DNA from: Trichoplax sp. H2
Lineage: Eukaryota
Assembly (NCBI GenBank): GCA_003344405.1
Contig: NOWV01000021.1
Location: 558,001 to 622,000 of the forward strand
Direction: 5' to 3'
Length of the DNA stretch: 64,000 nt
Shown here: positions 21,781 through 36,536 of the stretch, piece by piece
Layout of the letters: every line of letters starts with the position of its first letter
Position numbering within the stretch: the first letter of the stretch is position 1
Notes under the pieces: model-generated
What the model was told of the DNA's origin: nothing
The model's database searches: none
Seen by the model: only the letters and a program-made list of their open reading frames with translations
Translations under genes and position numbers: made by a program

Positions 21781-24700
21781 ATGGTATCAATCTAATTAGT
21801 CAACATTATAATAAAATAATAATAAGCACATTGAGGTAAATCACCAACAGTAGATTGAGATCATGAATTCTCTTTTGTGCATCGTTTTCGTAATTGCACG
21901 CTGTGCTAGACGTACAGTACGTACTCACAGTTAATAAAGTACATATAAGTCTCTCCTAGTAATCTCCATATTTTGCCTCGTATGTCTGATATTTTGCTTA
22001 TTATCATCATATTTGGATCATTTTAAATTTAGGAAGGAGCTGACGATATTGATTTGAATGCTGATGGAATGGAAGAGGTTCATCAAATCTCAAAAGATGT
22101 TTGTCCTACTTATTAATACTAACTGAAAATATTATCCAGTTTATTTTTAACCATATCGATCGGACAAATAGATTTTAGCTATGATAATGATCTTGTCAGA
22201 AGAAGTATAATATTAGAATTAAATATACAACTATACTTTATTCGTAATGTCCAATCGAACCTGTTTATACTACTGCCTATACGAATAGAAACGCGTGTTC
22301 TCATCACTAATGCAGTAGTCGTGTAATTAGGAATCGATGGCAATATATCCTAGTTGTATATTAACCTATCGTGAATCTTTCACACAAATACACAGTTTGC
22401 AATAACAAGTAAAATAACGAGTTAGATCATTTCAGCTTTGATACCACGCATCAATTACAAAACCTCCTTGCTCATTTGCCAACATTAAACAAGCGTCAAA
22501 ATCCATTCATCTCTACTAACATAATTAATGCCAATCAAAATTTGCATTGACAATAATTTTAGTCGTATGTAATTCTTAAGTTCTTATGTCAATACCTGAT
22601 AATTGATTTCAACTATTTTTAGGATCGCTCACAAACGATTGATCTTTCATCTGAAGCTTGCCTTGTCATTGAAATTTCAGACGCGTTAAGCGAACGTGAT
22701 AAAGTTAAATTTACTATTCACACACGGGTAAGAGACATCCGCGCTTGTTGAGGCTTTACTGTTTTGTTTTTCCATTGAAATAAGACAAAACGAGCTTATA
22801 AATTGAGAAAATTCATGATTTTGATTTAATTTGAGCTTTATGAACGTTATGCAGCGGTAAATGGAATAACTTTCTACCTTTCTGACCTAACTATCAAACT
22901 TTTTTGAATATGTTCTTTTGAAAGACATCACATCGCTACACCGTATTTACTATACCGTATATTGGAATTTTAAGGACTTACAATAACGATTGATGTAATC
23001 TTTCAAACTAACAGCTTGTAAATTCATAAAAAAAAGCTCTACATTCTACTTCGTAACGGTTAAGTACTGTCTTCGTTTAATCCATTCGATTGTCAATTTC
23101 TGGCAATAGCTGATTTTTTCTGACTAATTTTCAACTTTTACTAGTCATATTACTATTAAAAGCAAATAATTTTTGTTCCGTAGGATAGATAGCATTATTT
23201 GTTAGAGTTAGTGTTACTATTGAGGAAGTGGTCACACCTAACATTGCCAAAAGCGTCGGAATTATAGATTAAAGAGCAACGATTAAATAATAACATGTTG
23301 CTACTTTAGTAAACGTCTATTATCGGCAATTATTAAAGTGTCGAATACCAAACTTGAGAGTAATTGTAAAATATCTAATACCATTTCTTTTCTCTACACA
23401 CCTTTTAGACGACGCTGCCTGAATTTAAATTGCATGATTTCAGCGTTACTCGCGATCATGAAGAGTTTATTTGGTTGTATGATCGCTATCAAGATAACGA
23501 AAATCTTGAAGCTTATATCGTATGTAGTCTATGTAATTAATCGCTGTAATTTTGTTAAGATATTTTCTTTATTTTTTGGGTTTATCCTCAGATCTATGAA
23601 TACTGCTTACAATTAACGATCTAATTTTTACCAAACTCATAAGATTCCTCACCCACCTCCTAAGCCCGACTTTGACACTGCCAGGGAAAAATTGCAAAGA
23701 TTAGGAGAAAGTGAAGGGGTTCTAACCAAAGAAGAATTTGATAAGATGAAACAAGAGCTGGAAGCGTAAGTATACGCGTATTACATACACAATAGATAAT
23801 TTCACAGGTCTATCTAATGTATATTAAAATGCACTATATTACACACCATTATATACTCATTTATAGTGAATATCTTGCTACCTTTAAAAAAACCGTCGCC
23901 ATGCACGAGTTATTCCTGACGCGTTTAGCCTCTCATAGCGTATTACGGAACGATTCCAATTTTAGAGTATTTCTTGAATATAACGGCGATGTAAGTATCT
24001 TAGTTTATATATTTTTCACATTTTATCCGTTGTTTCGCAGTGATCTATAGATAAAGAATTAATTAATTCTGCATTGATCTCTCCGTAGCTAAATGTACGA
24101 TTGAAGAATAGGAAAGAGAAGCTTGGAAGTTTCTTTAAAGTATTGACCAAGTCTGTTGATGAAGTACTTTCGTCAAGTCATAAGGCAAGTATCTATTATT
24201 ACTTTTAAAAACTGCTTTGAAGGCTTTTCGTCTCCGTAATCGAGTAAGTTTCTACTTAAATTTTCATGTAGTCTTCTAAAGCTAGTACTGTAATCTAAAT
24301 ATGCGTTTGGAAACTAAGTATGAATTGCATCATTACGGATTTAAACCTATAGGATGCAGACGATTTCTTTGAAAACGAAAAACGTTTTTTGGTTGATTAT
24401 CATACCAGGTTTGATATCATTCAGTTTCATTTATACTCTTACAGACGATTAAGAAAAGTTCGTAGTCTCTAATTGAACTAAACTTTTCTTCAAATTAATA
24501 CACAACCATATAACAAATGAAATACTACTTAATGTTAGGGTGAAAGAGGCACTGAAAGCGTCTGATAAAATGACTATTTCCCACAAAGGTATCCTCCAGT
24601 TATATGCGATTGTAATTTGTAGTATACCAAAAAAATTGATTTTTTCGATAATCATAATTATAAATTAGTAACGTTAGTTTACGTAACAATTCAGGCACTG

Positions 24701-25838
24701 CCGGCTGTTACCTAAGTATTGGCTCTGCAACAAATCAAATGGGGACTTCTGAACCAACTAGCCTTAATAAGTGAGTCCTGTAAAATTTTATATTACTTTT
24801 ACCTCATGTTGCTACTTGTAATCATTAATAGATGGACGAAAATTTTCTGTATCTAAATATAGATTCTTAAGTCGATTTGGTGGGCTAATAGAAAAATATC
24901 GCGTAAGTATACATTTAATATCTTAATGGTATGGTATTGTTTATAACAGATAAAAAATAAAAGTAACTATATGAATTTTATTAATTCTATTATGCTAGCC
25001 AAAAATTTCATTTATAATATTGTTTACAGAAAATTGATAATCGTGTAGTTGCTGATGAAGACCTGAAATTGTCGGACATTTTACGTTATTATGCACGAGA
25101 TCTTTCCTCAGCCAAAGTACGCCAAATGAATATAGGATTCATTATCGATTAATTCTGAAGAATTGTAATATCGGATATCAAAGCAAGCTCGATCGTGATA
25201 ATGGTTTCTCTGTTGTTGTTAATGATAGGATCTATTGTATCGTCGATCTCGATGCGTATCAAGCTATGAAAATGCAAATAAGGGGTTAGAGAAGGCAAGA
25301 AACAAAAATAAGGATGTGCAAACGGTAAGTGATGGTAATGTAATCATTTAATTGCTAATGAAACACACTGTAATGTGTAATCTTATTTGTAGGCTGAAAA
25401 GGTACAACAAGCTGCTCGTGAAAAGTTTGAAAACATGTCAGAAATAGCTAAGCAGGGTAAGTTAAATATAAATCAACTTTCGCATATTTGATCTATGTAA
25501 ATTGATATCGATATTATTTCGAACTTTAGAACTACTCGACTTTAAGCAAAAGAGGGTTACAGCGTTTAAGAGAAATCTAGTAAGTTACCGTACTTTTATT
25601 AAATTTATTTTTATGCGATGCAGTAATAGTTACAATTTATAATTCATTTATTTTTTCAACAGTCTGAACTGGCAGAGTTAGAATTAAAGCACGCAAAGGT
25701 ACTCCCTTATAGCACCGAATTTTGCTATTCAAAATAAATAAATTACAATTCTTTACTTTTAATACTTTTTTAATGTTTAATTAGATTGCTGCTCAGTTAT
25801 TCCGAAATACGATCAGTGCTTTGAAAGAAATTGCCTAG
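21781..25838 (+). CDS. SNX6: Sorting nexin 5/6 (PX-BAR)
   Basis: Exons encode [104 protein letters not shown] and [11 protein letters not shown]; stop TAG 25836-38. The start is inferred as ATG|GT at 21781 spliced to EGADD at 22033 (less certain). Confidence 0.94.
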
Positions 25839-27568
25839 CAGTTTGGACGTTAAACCACTAGAGGAAACCTTTTTATTTCACTAAAGTGTAGAATAGAGTT
25901 ACATTATATTATGTATAGAAAAGTATAACTTGATAGATTTGTATGCATTGTTTATCAGTACGAACTGACTGATTTCGTTAGGTTATCTTTAAAAAATTGG
26001 CGTTCTTACATCAATGTAACACTGATTTTATAGTATACGTACATCTGGTAAATACATTACTTAATCTCGCGTATTGGTTAACAAGCTCATTTTATTCTCT
26101 TACCAAGAAAGATCGATTATGTATGCTGCGCTTGTTTTAGTCTTTATTACACGTATATTATGATAATGACAAATGCCTTATGCAGTCATTTAAGTAGTAT
26201 TGTGTAAGAAATATATAACTATTTGATTACCATTGATTATATACTTATTAATCAAAATCAATTGTTGACAACTTGTCGTAGTGTAAAGTCTTATTCAGTC
26301 AGTTGAATTATTGGTATCTTACCAACTCAATTATAGTGACTAATGCTACAAATTGTAGTGGTAATAGTACAATTATGCTTTCGTTTATAAACTCTTTGCA
26401 AAGATATGACATTGTCAAATAAAGTATGATTATTTTACATATAATTAATAGGTACTATAACTTCATGTTTACAACTCTACATTTGCGATATGCTTATTTT
26501 TCATACGTGATATAATACTGTTGTAATATTATTTCAATATAGTTAAGGTAGGGTTAGTAATCCTTTCGCAGAGATTATTCTTATGAAATTGGTACTTTGA
26601 TACATTGTCAAATTATTAACCATGTGTCACCTAATCTCTTCAATATAAATTAGAAAGACATCTTATCTCATGTCTATTTATTCTTGTTTATATCGAAATA
26701 ACCTATAGTGCACCGACTGATTTATGCTCATTACTTAATTAGTTTTGTAGCGAGTAAAGATACGTAGTACTACGGTAACAAAAGCAAAAGTATTAGCATC
26801 ACATATTCTTGGAACACTATAATTAATAAATATTAGGGGGTGAAAAATGATAGGTCTAAGTCCAAATATACCAGCTTGTACCCGTATGTTATTCAAAATA
26901 ATATGTTCGTGTAATTTTGGTAGTACAGTCGTAAAAATCTTACGTATCCCTAATTTTACATTATTTCTTTAAAAAAACGAAGCAATTACAGGAATAGATT
27001 TCTTCACGTACAGTAGTATAGTGAATTCAACATAATTAGAGTATACTAGAAAATAACATGACAACTTACGATGATATACGAGTATTATACGGTCACTTAA
27101 GCCATTCGAAAATTGTCTCATGTAGTACCAGTTTTTGATCATAGTATCCAATTATCTGTGCAATTTCTTAACAGGAAACAACATTTACGCATAAAATTTA
27201 TCTCGCTTACTTTCCCTGATGCTTAAAATCGCTATTGGCGCATCTTATAATCACAATATAACCCAAACCTCAATGCAACATTCAAACACTGTGTAATACT
27301 ACTATGGATTAGCTCCAGGTTTCATGTCCACTGTTTGAAATCACCAGTATGCAAAGGTAGCTAAGGATTAAATTGTTAAGCTTATAAGCCAAGGGACAGT
27401 TCAATCGACGTAATAGAAGCTCAATTGCTCTAAAATATATTACGTAATGAATCCTTTCCATCTTGTATTACAACTACCGATTACTATAAACTAACTAGAG
27501 ACCGTAATCCAGTAGTGAACACCTGATTGTATACTGTATAATGACAGCGTTAATAGGGTTTCTATAGC

Positions 27569-27582
27569 GTTGTTATGGCGAC
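27569..27582. promoter_or_regulatory. RFX X-box candidate upstream of CCDC175-like gene
   Basis: GTTGTT-AT-GGCGAC fits RTHNYY-WT-RRNRAC, ~520 bp before the presumed ATG. Confidence 0.55.
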
Positions 27583-28102
27583 AGCCCACTTAAAATTTCT
27601 ATCAAGCCCTGTTCTACCGCTGAACAATTATACAGAGCCAATATAGCTTACAAGCAGTAACTCTAGTATAAATACCTTCTAATAAGCTATTGGTATTAGT
27701 CATTCCCATGAAGATAAACACCAAGTCCTTTAGTGGAGGAATATCAGTGAAACGATTAGACTCATCCATTAATAACTTCCATAGTAGTCATCTATTATTA
27801 ATACACAACTATAGGTGAAATAGCTGCAAATAGTTTTATATATAGTATAGCAAATTAGTTAACGTTAAGATCGGATGCACTGTTAAAAGAAATCGAAATT
27901 TATCATATAAGAGCTTGGTTTTATAGAAGACGCAGTCATTAATTAAACCCATTTCTTCATATCCTATAGTATATACAAAGAGCATCACCAGAGTAAACAA
28001 ATTCTATTTAAGCATACTTAGTCAGCGCTCCTTCCCTGACTATCAGTTGAAGAGATTTACCTCCTAGGCTTGGCAGAATAGTAATCATTTGCAATAGACA
28101 TC

Positions 28103-31100
28103 ATGGTTATCAGTAGGCAAGAGAATAGGAAAACAACGGTAGCTGCCGTTTTGGAACATATTAAAGAATTAGGTTAGTTAATTTTGTCGAATATGGCCTT
28201 ATTTTAAATATATGAAATAAGCCATAATTTAGCTCTTGAAGATCGCTCATACTTTCATCTATTATAGACATAATATTATACAGAGATTGAAATGATTTTA
28301 ATAAACCTTATTAATCGTCTACAATAACCGTAATAGATGAGAAATTTGATGAAAATCAATATGATGATACTTGTCGAACGCTACTCAAGGATATTTCAGA
28401 AGGAATTGTTCAATTAGTAAGCATAAATCTTGCAAATGTGTCTATCGCAACTTTATTGGTTTTAGTTTTCACATCGAAATATTAGACTACAGAGGTTTAG
28501 AACTAAAATAAGGATAAGCGTCGTCTCTTTAAAATATAATTAGGAATTAGAATGTCAAACTATTCAAGAAAATGGCGAAGCTAAATCGATTGAAGCCAGT
28601 AGTCTTCGACATCGCTTTCAAATATTTCCAGAACAGATTGAAAATGAATTAAATAGTAAGCTGTAAATTTGCACTGTAGCAAATTAATCGATCACATTGC
28701 ATCACTGTCTAGATATAATGCAAATGGATAGCCTGGAAGTGTTACGGATAATCTCAATGATAACAATCTAGTTAAAAATTTTAGTTAATATTGATTCCTA
28801 AACTAAACCATCTTTAGGCGCAGTTGAATCAGCTCGAAATTCCAATATTGAAGAATTAACATCATTACAAGTAAGTATTAAATTAAATACAGACTAAACC
28901 ACGCTGGCTTTGCAATAAAGTTCTCTTATTCTCAAATATTAGATTTAAATCTACGCGTACTCCCTGTTTTTTTAACTGATATTGCTAAAACCTTTAAATG
29001 ATTGTAAATTATCCTACGCACTGTAGCAGTGTTAAAATTACTTACTAAAGCAAAATCTTGACTATCGGACAATCTTAGACAAGCTTAAACAAAATTCAAG
29101 CAGTTATTAAAGATTTTAAGGATCGCCATCTTAAAGTAGAAAAGGAAAATTCAGCTATTGAGTGAGTATGACCAAGGATATCGAGATTTAAAAGCATCAA
29201 ACTTAAAGTATCATTGCTCTTTACCTAATATCTCTCGTTAAGAATCTAGATAGGCTACTATAGTTTGTCTACTTTATTTCTGTGCCAATAAATATAATAA
29301 TTTTACTATTATTATCGATATCATTAATTAGACCAGAAAAAAATGAAGTCATGGAGAAACATGAAGATATAGTTGGTCAACTAAATGAAAGGATGGCACT
29401 TAAAGCAAGGTATCCATATGAATGATTAATTATTTCAAATAATTTTCATGAAGGCATTTATTTGAAAAAATAAAGGAATTATAAAACATGACAAACTAAG
29501 GAAAGCAAACTGATCCTTTTTGCATTTAAAAATTTCATATCTAGTAAGCAAATAAAGCTCAACAATACTCGAGAAAGACTGAGAGATTCTTTGCAAGAGG
29601 TAATTTAAACTTAGATAGGAATGTATTAAATTGGCTGTCAACATCTAATATTGATATATCTGATTAATGTTTAATATTGTAAGCTGGGCATGACAGTTCT
29701 AGTTTGATGAATAAATATGTGTAGATAATTGATATTGAAGATGAAATTGCTCAAATGAAAGAAGACATGATACAAGAGCGAGCTGATGCAAAGCAAGAGA
29801 AATTAAGATTAAAGCAAGCCATAGTGAGTTAGATGCGTACACGTAAATATAAAACTATGCTTTATCGGTTACTTTTAGTTGAGGTTTATTTATGCAGTCC
29901 TGGATATCACAGTACATGACAAATATATCGAAGCCAAAATATACTTTTAAACCTATTTTGATATGTAAAATAAACCCGACATTGCAATTACGGATTGTCT
30001 TTCATTTAAGTACCAATAGAAATTGTAAAATATCAATTAAAATTAATCTACTGCACTCTAGTATAGTAGAATTTATTATATGGAAACAATTCTCACTAGT
30101 ATATCGGCACTATTAAAATTTATATTCTATAACGCTAGACTTTGTACTGCGGAAAATATTTCCTACTAACATATCGATACCATCATATTATAAGTTATAT
30201 CAATATACCCTGCTAAATTTATTAATACAAGTTGCTAAACATTTTGTTTGCCATAATATTTTGCTTGTAATATCGGTTTCGCTATAAGGCTAAAAGAAAT
30301 AAAGATGTCAATGACGAAAGAAGAGTTAATATCTATAAAAGAAGGCAAGCTGTCCTATGCAAGCTATTTAAAGTTTTCGATAAATTGTGATATTCTGCAA
30401 TTAATCGTTTCCATCTATGCAACCATAGGGAAATCGAAACGTTGAGTGAGCACTTAATGGAATCGGAATCTAAACTTCAAAGTAAACGCACTGTAAGTAT
30501 CTTCTACCATCATTCTGCTGTAGTTATAATAATATGCAGTACAGCAGGTAGTTCTTATATTTAAAAATAACTTTTATTGCTAATATCGTAGCTAAGATCA
30601 TAATTACTACTAAAATATTTACTCACAGGATCTGTATGTATAATGAATAATGGTAATAGTTCTAATTGAAATAAAAAGATTGAGCATAAATTTTTAATAT
30701 CGATCTTGTTTCTTACCCTAGGTCGTTGCAAGGCATGAGAAAGCAAAAGATGAGGCAATAGCAAGGGAGAAACATTTGTCTAGTATGCTATCGCAGAAGA
30801 TAACTGAAAATAATGAGCTCCGTGAGAAAGGGTTAGAATGATAAATACTAGTTCTAGTCATATTAAATTTCAATAATTTATTATTTATTAATATACGAGT
30901 ATAATGTTATGTTAGTACTACTTTGCTAAGGTAGAGGATTGGATTTATTATTTTACTATAGACAAGGTATTACTAGAAATCATGAGAACATGATTAGAGA
31001 TTTTGAACGGCAACAGGCCAAGTTGAAAGAAGAAAGAGATATAGTAAGATCTTTTCCCTATTGTTAAAGATTGGAAGATTCAGATTCTAAGACTTACTTC

Positions 31101-34100
31101 TAGTAATAGTGGAATAATTTCGAAGTTTTAATAAGAATCTCAAGAATCATAATCATTCGCTATTTCAATAATAGTTGCAAGAAGAACTCCGACAGGTTAC
31201 GGAAGAGCAAAAAAAACTAGTACAACATCATAAGAGTCATCGAGCAGGTGGTCAACATGAATTGAACTTATGATAAAATAATGTTAAATTAATTATAGCC
31301 ATACGCCTATCTCAGATAATCAATTCTTTACTGTCTATCCTGATCTTTTAATTTTCACCATAGGTGATAAAATTTTCTTCTACTCTTGTAATTATACCTT
31401 ACTATCTTTATTATTTCTCGCCATTTATGTAGTATTACAAGATATAGTGCAACAACGGGATGGTGAAGACGCAACACTAAAAGAAGTTCAGAGCTTGTAA
31501 GTACTTATATACAAAATGTGATTTGTTATTAGTGCTTTACTTCATTAATAATGACATTGCTAATGCTTTTACCTTATATTCAATGCTGGTAACTAATTAC
31601 ATGAAATATGATTTACTGTTAGTGCTTCACTTAGTTAATACGGGCATTGCTAATAATTTTACTTTACAAGCTTGTAACAAATTTTACGAAATATGATTTG
31701 CCGTTAGTGCTTCACTTAATTAATGTTGATATCGTTAATACTCTTACTTTATATTTGGAGCTTGTAAGTGATTATACGAAACATTCTTTACCGCTAGTGC
31801 TTAAGTTAATTAACGATGGTATTGCCGATGCTTTTACCTTATACTCACAGTTTATAACTAATTATACGAAATATTATTTGTTGTTAGTACTTCTAATAAT
31901 TAATACTAACATTGCTAACATTTTTATTTTACATTCACAATTTATAAGTAATTATACGAAATATTATATGCTGTAGTGCTTCTCTTAATTAACTCTGGAA
32001 TTTACCAATATTTTACTTTATATTCACGGCTTTTAGCCAATTGCACCAAATATTACTTGCGATTAGCCCTTTATTTAGTGAACGCTGACATTACTAAAAG
32101 TTTTTACTTTATATTCACCGTTTGTTAGTAATAATAGGGAATATACTCTCTAGTTAATGTTTAACTTGTATAGTAATGAACGTATATGTTTACTACTTTA
32201 TCTTTTAGAGTTAGAGATACAAGAGATCGCTTTACCAAGGTTTCCGATGAATTATCTAGACTAAAGGATGAAAGTATTAATTTGGATAACAGAATGAATC
32301 GATTAATGGAGGATCATAAGTAAATTGAAATGAAATTGCTAATCGATAATATAACTATAATAGCAACTTATTATTTCGTTTTATAGTGATCAATTTGATT
32401 AAAGTCTTCAACATCTTTAACATTTCTTATAGAGCGACAGTTGAAGTACTTGGCAGACAAATTGAGCAAACAAGAACTTCATTAAATTCAGAAAGGAAAG
32501 AAAGGTAAAGAAATGTCTTGTCTTTCCCAAGAACTTTGCAATAGCTATAATAGGATTAGACATTGGAGATGAGTTTGTCTATATGATAATAATAAGATCA
32601 ACTTATCAAACAAATCTGTTAGTGCTGTGAACGGTATTTAAACATCTATGTTTCTTACTGAAAATGATACTTCAATATCCTGTAATTCATATTTACCGCA
32701 AATAGGCAAGAATTACAAAATGATCGAGATGTGTTGCAAAAGAAGATTGATAATCTTAAACGAGAACACGGCAATTTCATGTCTGAGGTGACATCGAGAA
32801 TTACACGAGGTAAAGAGAAATATCTACAACAAACGCAAAAGGTAAGAAACATATCAAGACGATGACTATTTCTTGATTAATTGTAGTCTAAAGTTAAGCA
32901 TTTTGTTAAGCCCTGCTTTGATGTAGAATTATAATTGAAATGGTAGTTATTTATTTATTTTCCATTGTTGATCATTATTGGTATTATTTAATATTTCTAC
33001 TCTCATAAATTATATTGGTCTTAAACTTACACACGTACGTTGAGACCTGAGGTGAATTCTTGTAATATCTAAAAATGGATGCAGCAGCCAATAAATGCTC
33101 CTTCAGTTAGATTAATTCTAACCACCAGTCATCTTTTCATCCACAATAAATAATGGGCTAAAATATTAAAATTAGTATCTTGCCAATTGTATAAATGACT
33201 CGAAATGTTTGAAATGATGAAAGGAAGAAATAGTTGTTCCTTTCTTTCTCCTGATTGACTCTATTGATCTCTTGCAGAAAGAAGAAACTAATCGTTTAGT
33301 GGGTGAAACAGAAAAGACTGCCAAAAATAAACAGCAACAGCTAGAAAAGGCACAACAAGCCTATAATGAAATGACAGCCGATTTGGGTGGTAAAGTAAAA
33401 GAGGGCGAGGTAATATTTTCTACTGAATAATAATAACTTTAAAATTCTTCTCTCAGATTTATTACGGCATAAAAATTTTTAAACTCCTTTTACAATAGAT
33501 GTATATTAACTGTATAATATGACACTGAAAGTTGAGCTTAGTAAAATTTACTGACTTTGGGAGTATTCAACACTATGTTATACGAATGCATTATTACGGA
33601 AATAAAATAGCTAAAATGAACTAACATTAGCTAAATTATACTTTACACCTGTAATGGATATTATCTTGCATATTGAGAGTCCTAACTCTAATGGCATTTA
33701 ATTTTCATACTACATCAACCGTTGTTGGTACCATTTTGCATATTAATATTGCAATAACTAATGAAGGCTAAGTTTTACGCTGTGTTCCTTTGATTAACGA
33801 TCCCCATAAGTTTATTAACACATATCCCAAATTCTATATTGTAACTCTAATTAAGGTTAAGTTTTATACTCTGTTAATTACTTAAGATCGTAAGTTTTGC
33901 TAAAATATGCCTTAAATTCTATAGCTTTAAATTTTGCAAAGTGACAATAGATATATTTCTCTAGCTATGAGCATGAAGTATACATTCATTTATAGTATTG
34001 CTACTAGTTCAATTTCTGTATTCTAAATAAATGAGATTATTCTTGCCAAAAAGACCCTACTAAATAAATTCTAGGATACGAAATCTATCTTATGGCAAAC

Positions 34101-36536
34101 ATTAATAGATCGCTGTTGGGTACATTAAAACTGTATTCGATAATTAGTCATCAGTTGCGGTTGAGTTATGATTATTCTACATTTTAGTAATGCTAAATTG
34201 ACTGAAGTATATGTAGAATATATCTTAAATATCATAATTTTACACCTATGTTATAAAAAGCATCAGCAAGATATTTCTCTAGCTAATGATGACAAAGAAT
34301 ACAATCTCTTTATAACTTTTTTACTGGCTCAACGATAGATTACTGCTAAATATATTAAAGTTTCATAAAATAATTAGTCACTATCAGCTGTTTAGCAGTC
34401 CTTATTACTTAGTTGATAATGATGCTAATCATGTTAATTTAAATATAGGATCAAATTAATCGATATCGTCAAGAATTACAAAATGTTCAGAAAGCGACGG
34501 AAGCTGAACAAGTAAATAGATAATAACTACTTGAAATTTCATTCGCTTACTTTCTACTATCAGATCCAGTATATTATGATCTATAGACTTATAGCTGTAT
34601 GTTATCGAATTTTATTAGCCGTTATATCAGGAGAGAGAAAAAATTCACAAAGAAAAACAAGAATTACTGGATAAAATGAAGAAAAAAGTTGTTGGTAAGT
34701 TGGCGAGCCGATATATTGAAAATTTCAATATTCAGGTTATACCTACAAGCCAACATTATTGAGGATAGATATGTGGTATGCCATAAAATGATGAAGTACT
34801 CAGCAGTGTTACTGTTTTTTTTGTTATATTAAGCTTTAAAGAAAGAGCAACAACTACTACAGCAAGAAATTACAGAAACTAAAGAGAAAATTGAGGACTG
34901 TAAAGAGCCTCGTGTAAGTTGAATGCGATTAATAAATTGTAGCAAATTGCTTTGATTTTCTACCGACATAATCAACATAATGATTACCTACATGAAACAT
35001 ATTTCTTTTTCTAGTTAACTTAATTTGGTTTAAATCGTAATTTTCTATAACAGACGCAACTGGAAGAGGAATTAGGTATCCGGAAGAATGATTACAATAA
35101 TTTTCTTAAGAAAGCAGGAGAAGAGATGAGCCAATGTGAGGAAGATATTTATGTGACTACTTCTAAATTAGACGTCATTATGGAGGAAAATGAAAGATTA
35201 GATAATGTAAGTCATCTAAAATATTGAATTTTATAGCTATTCTATATTATACGTGGTAAATAAAGTAATGTTGTTCGATGGTTAGAGTTTGGTAATTCCT
35301 TCATATATCATTATACTGAAAATAATGTGTAATGGAGTGCTATTTAGTATTAAATAGTTTAAAGTTGATCAGAATAGTCGTTTATCATTTAATTTTAAAA
35401 GTTCTCTTGTTTTCTAACAGTTAATTTAGAATTCAACCATGAGTAAATACCCTTAGATGAAGTTATTTCAGTAGCAATCTATACCTCAAGCTATAATTAT
35501 GTACTCTATTAAATGTTACAGGCTATGAATAAGCTCCAGGCAAATTTAGATCGAGTAAATTATGCAATTGAAGAGAAGAATAATTTATTTAGGGCTATGA
35601 CTAATCGAAAGGAACACATTACAAGTAAGTAAATAGTTTTATATACTCTCAAGCAAGGTAATATGGTTGTCAAAAATATATGATGATATGCATACCGTAC
35701 CCTAAATTAATCTTAGTATTTAAGGGCAATCGCTGTTATTTTCATATTTATTAATTCAATCTACATTAAATTCTTATAAATTAGCTACATTAAAGGACGC
35801 ATGGGCTAAAGATAGAAATATGGACGTGGTAAGTTGTCCATTTGTTGGGGGTATAGAATAAAATTAAAATCGTAATTTATATTATCATCATGTTCATCGC
35901 CGTCCATGGGAAGATACCGTGGTTATTTTGATTCGAAATGTCTAATTTTCTTCTTGAATGTTACGATTTACCAATTATTATTTTAAATTTTATCTGTAAT
36001 AATTTAAAATGTGAAAATGATCATTGACTTTGTAATCATAGCCATAAGCTTGATGTAAACTTTACTTTCGTATATCACAATTTTAGAAATTTGCTATTCG
36101 CGATACAGACACAGTTGCTGAAATTACGGACTTTGAAAATGGAATGCAAGAGCGTGGAGAAGAGTAAGTTATGAAATTAAATATTTAAGAAAGGGCGATA
36201 AATTAATATAGACTACGATAAATATGCGTCATAGGTGTAGACGTAGAATTCTATTTGTTAATCAGATAAACTATGAATTTGAATATTAGGTTACAAGGCA
36301 TTCAGTCATTAATTGAGGGCGAATTGGACAATTTAACCCAGTTTTTGGAAAATTTAAGGCCTTATAATAAAGGTTTCTAACTGAATGTATAAGAGCAGCT
36401 AATGGTACAATTATTATGTATGCAATAATGACAGCTAAATAAATTTCCTTTTTCATATAAAGATGGCGATGAACCTGGTAATAAAAGAACACATCATAGA
36501 GTAAGGCAAGCCAAGAAGAAATCACATAATCATTAA
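28103..36536 (+). CDS. CCDC175: CCDC175-like long coiled-coil protein, >20 exons
   Basis: Spliced AVLEHIKELDEKF..RTLLKDISEGIVQLE..SIEASSLRHRFQIFPEQIENELNSAVESARNSNIEEL, HEDIVGQLNERMALKA and EEDIYVTTSKLDVIMEENERL align by eye, in order, with remembered human CCDC175. Both termini are uncertain (alternative stop at 36380). Confidence 0.72.
31505..32170. repeat. Degenerate ~90-bp minisatellite, ~8 copies, filling a CCDC175 intron
   Basis: TTAGTGCT-like anchor at 31529, 31619, 31704, 31794, 31884, 31973, 32063 and 32154. Confidence 0.9.

Noticed and set aside
24589..24694. Possible U12-type intron in SNX6 (GTATCCTCC donor)
   Set aside because: The donor deviates from GTATCCTTT and there is no CCTTAAC branch point near the acceptor.
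31647..31976. 109-aa repetitive ORF
   Set aside because: Translation of the intronic 90-bp minisatellite, with a TTG start and frameshifting units.
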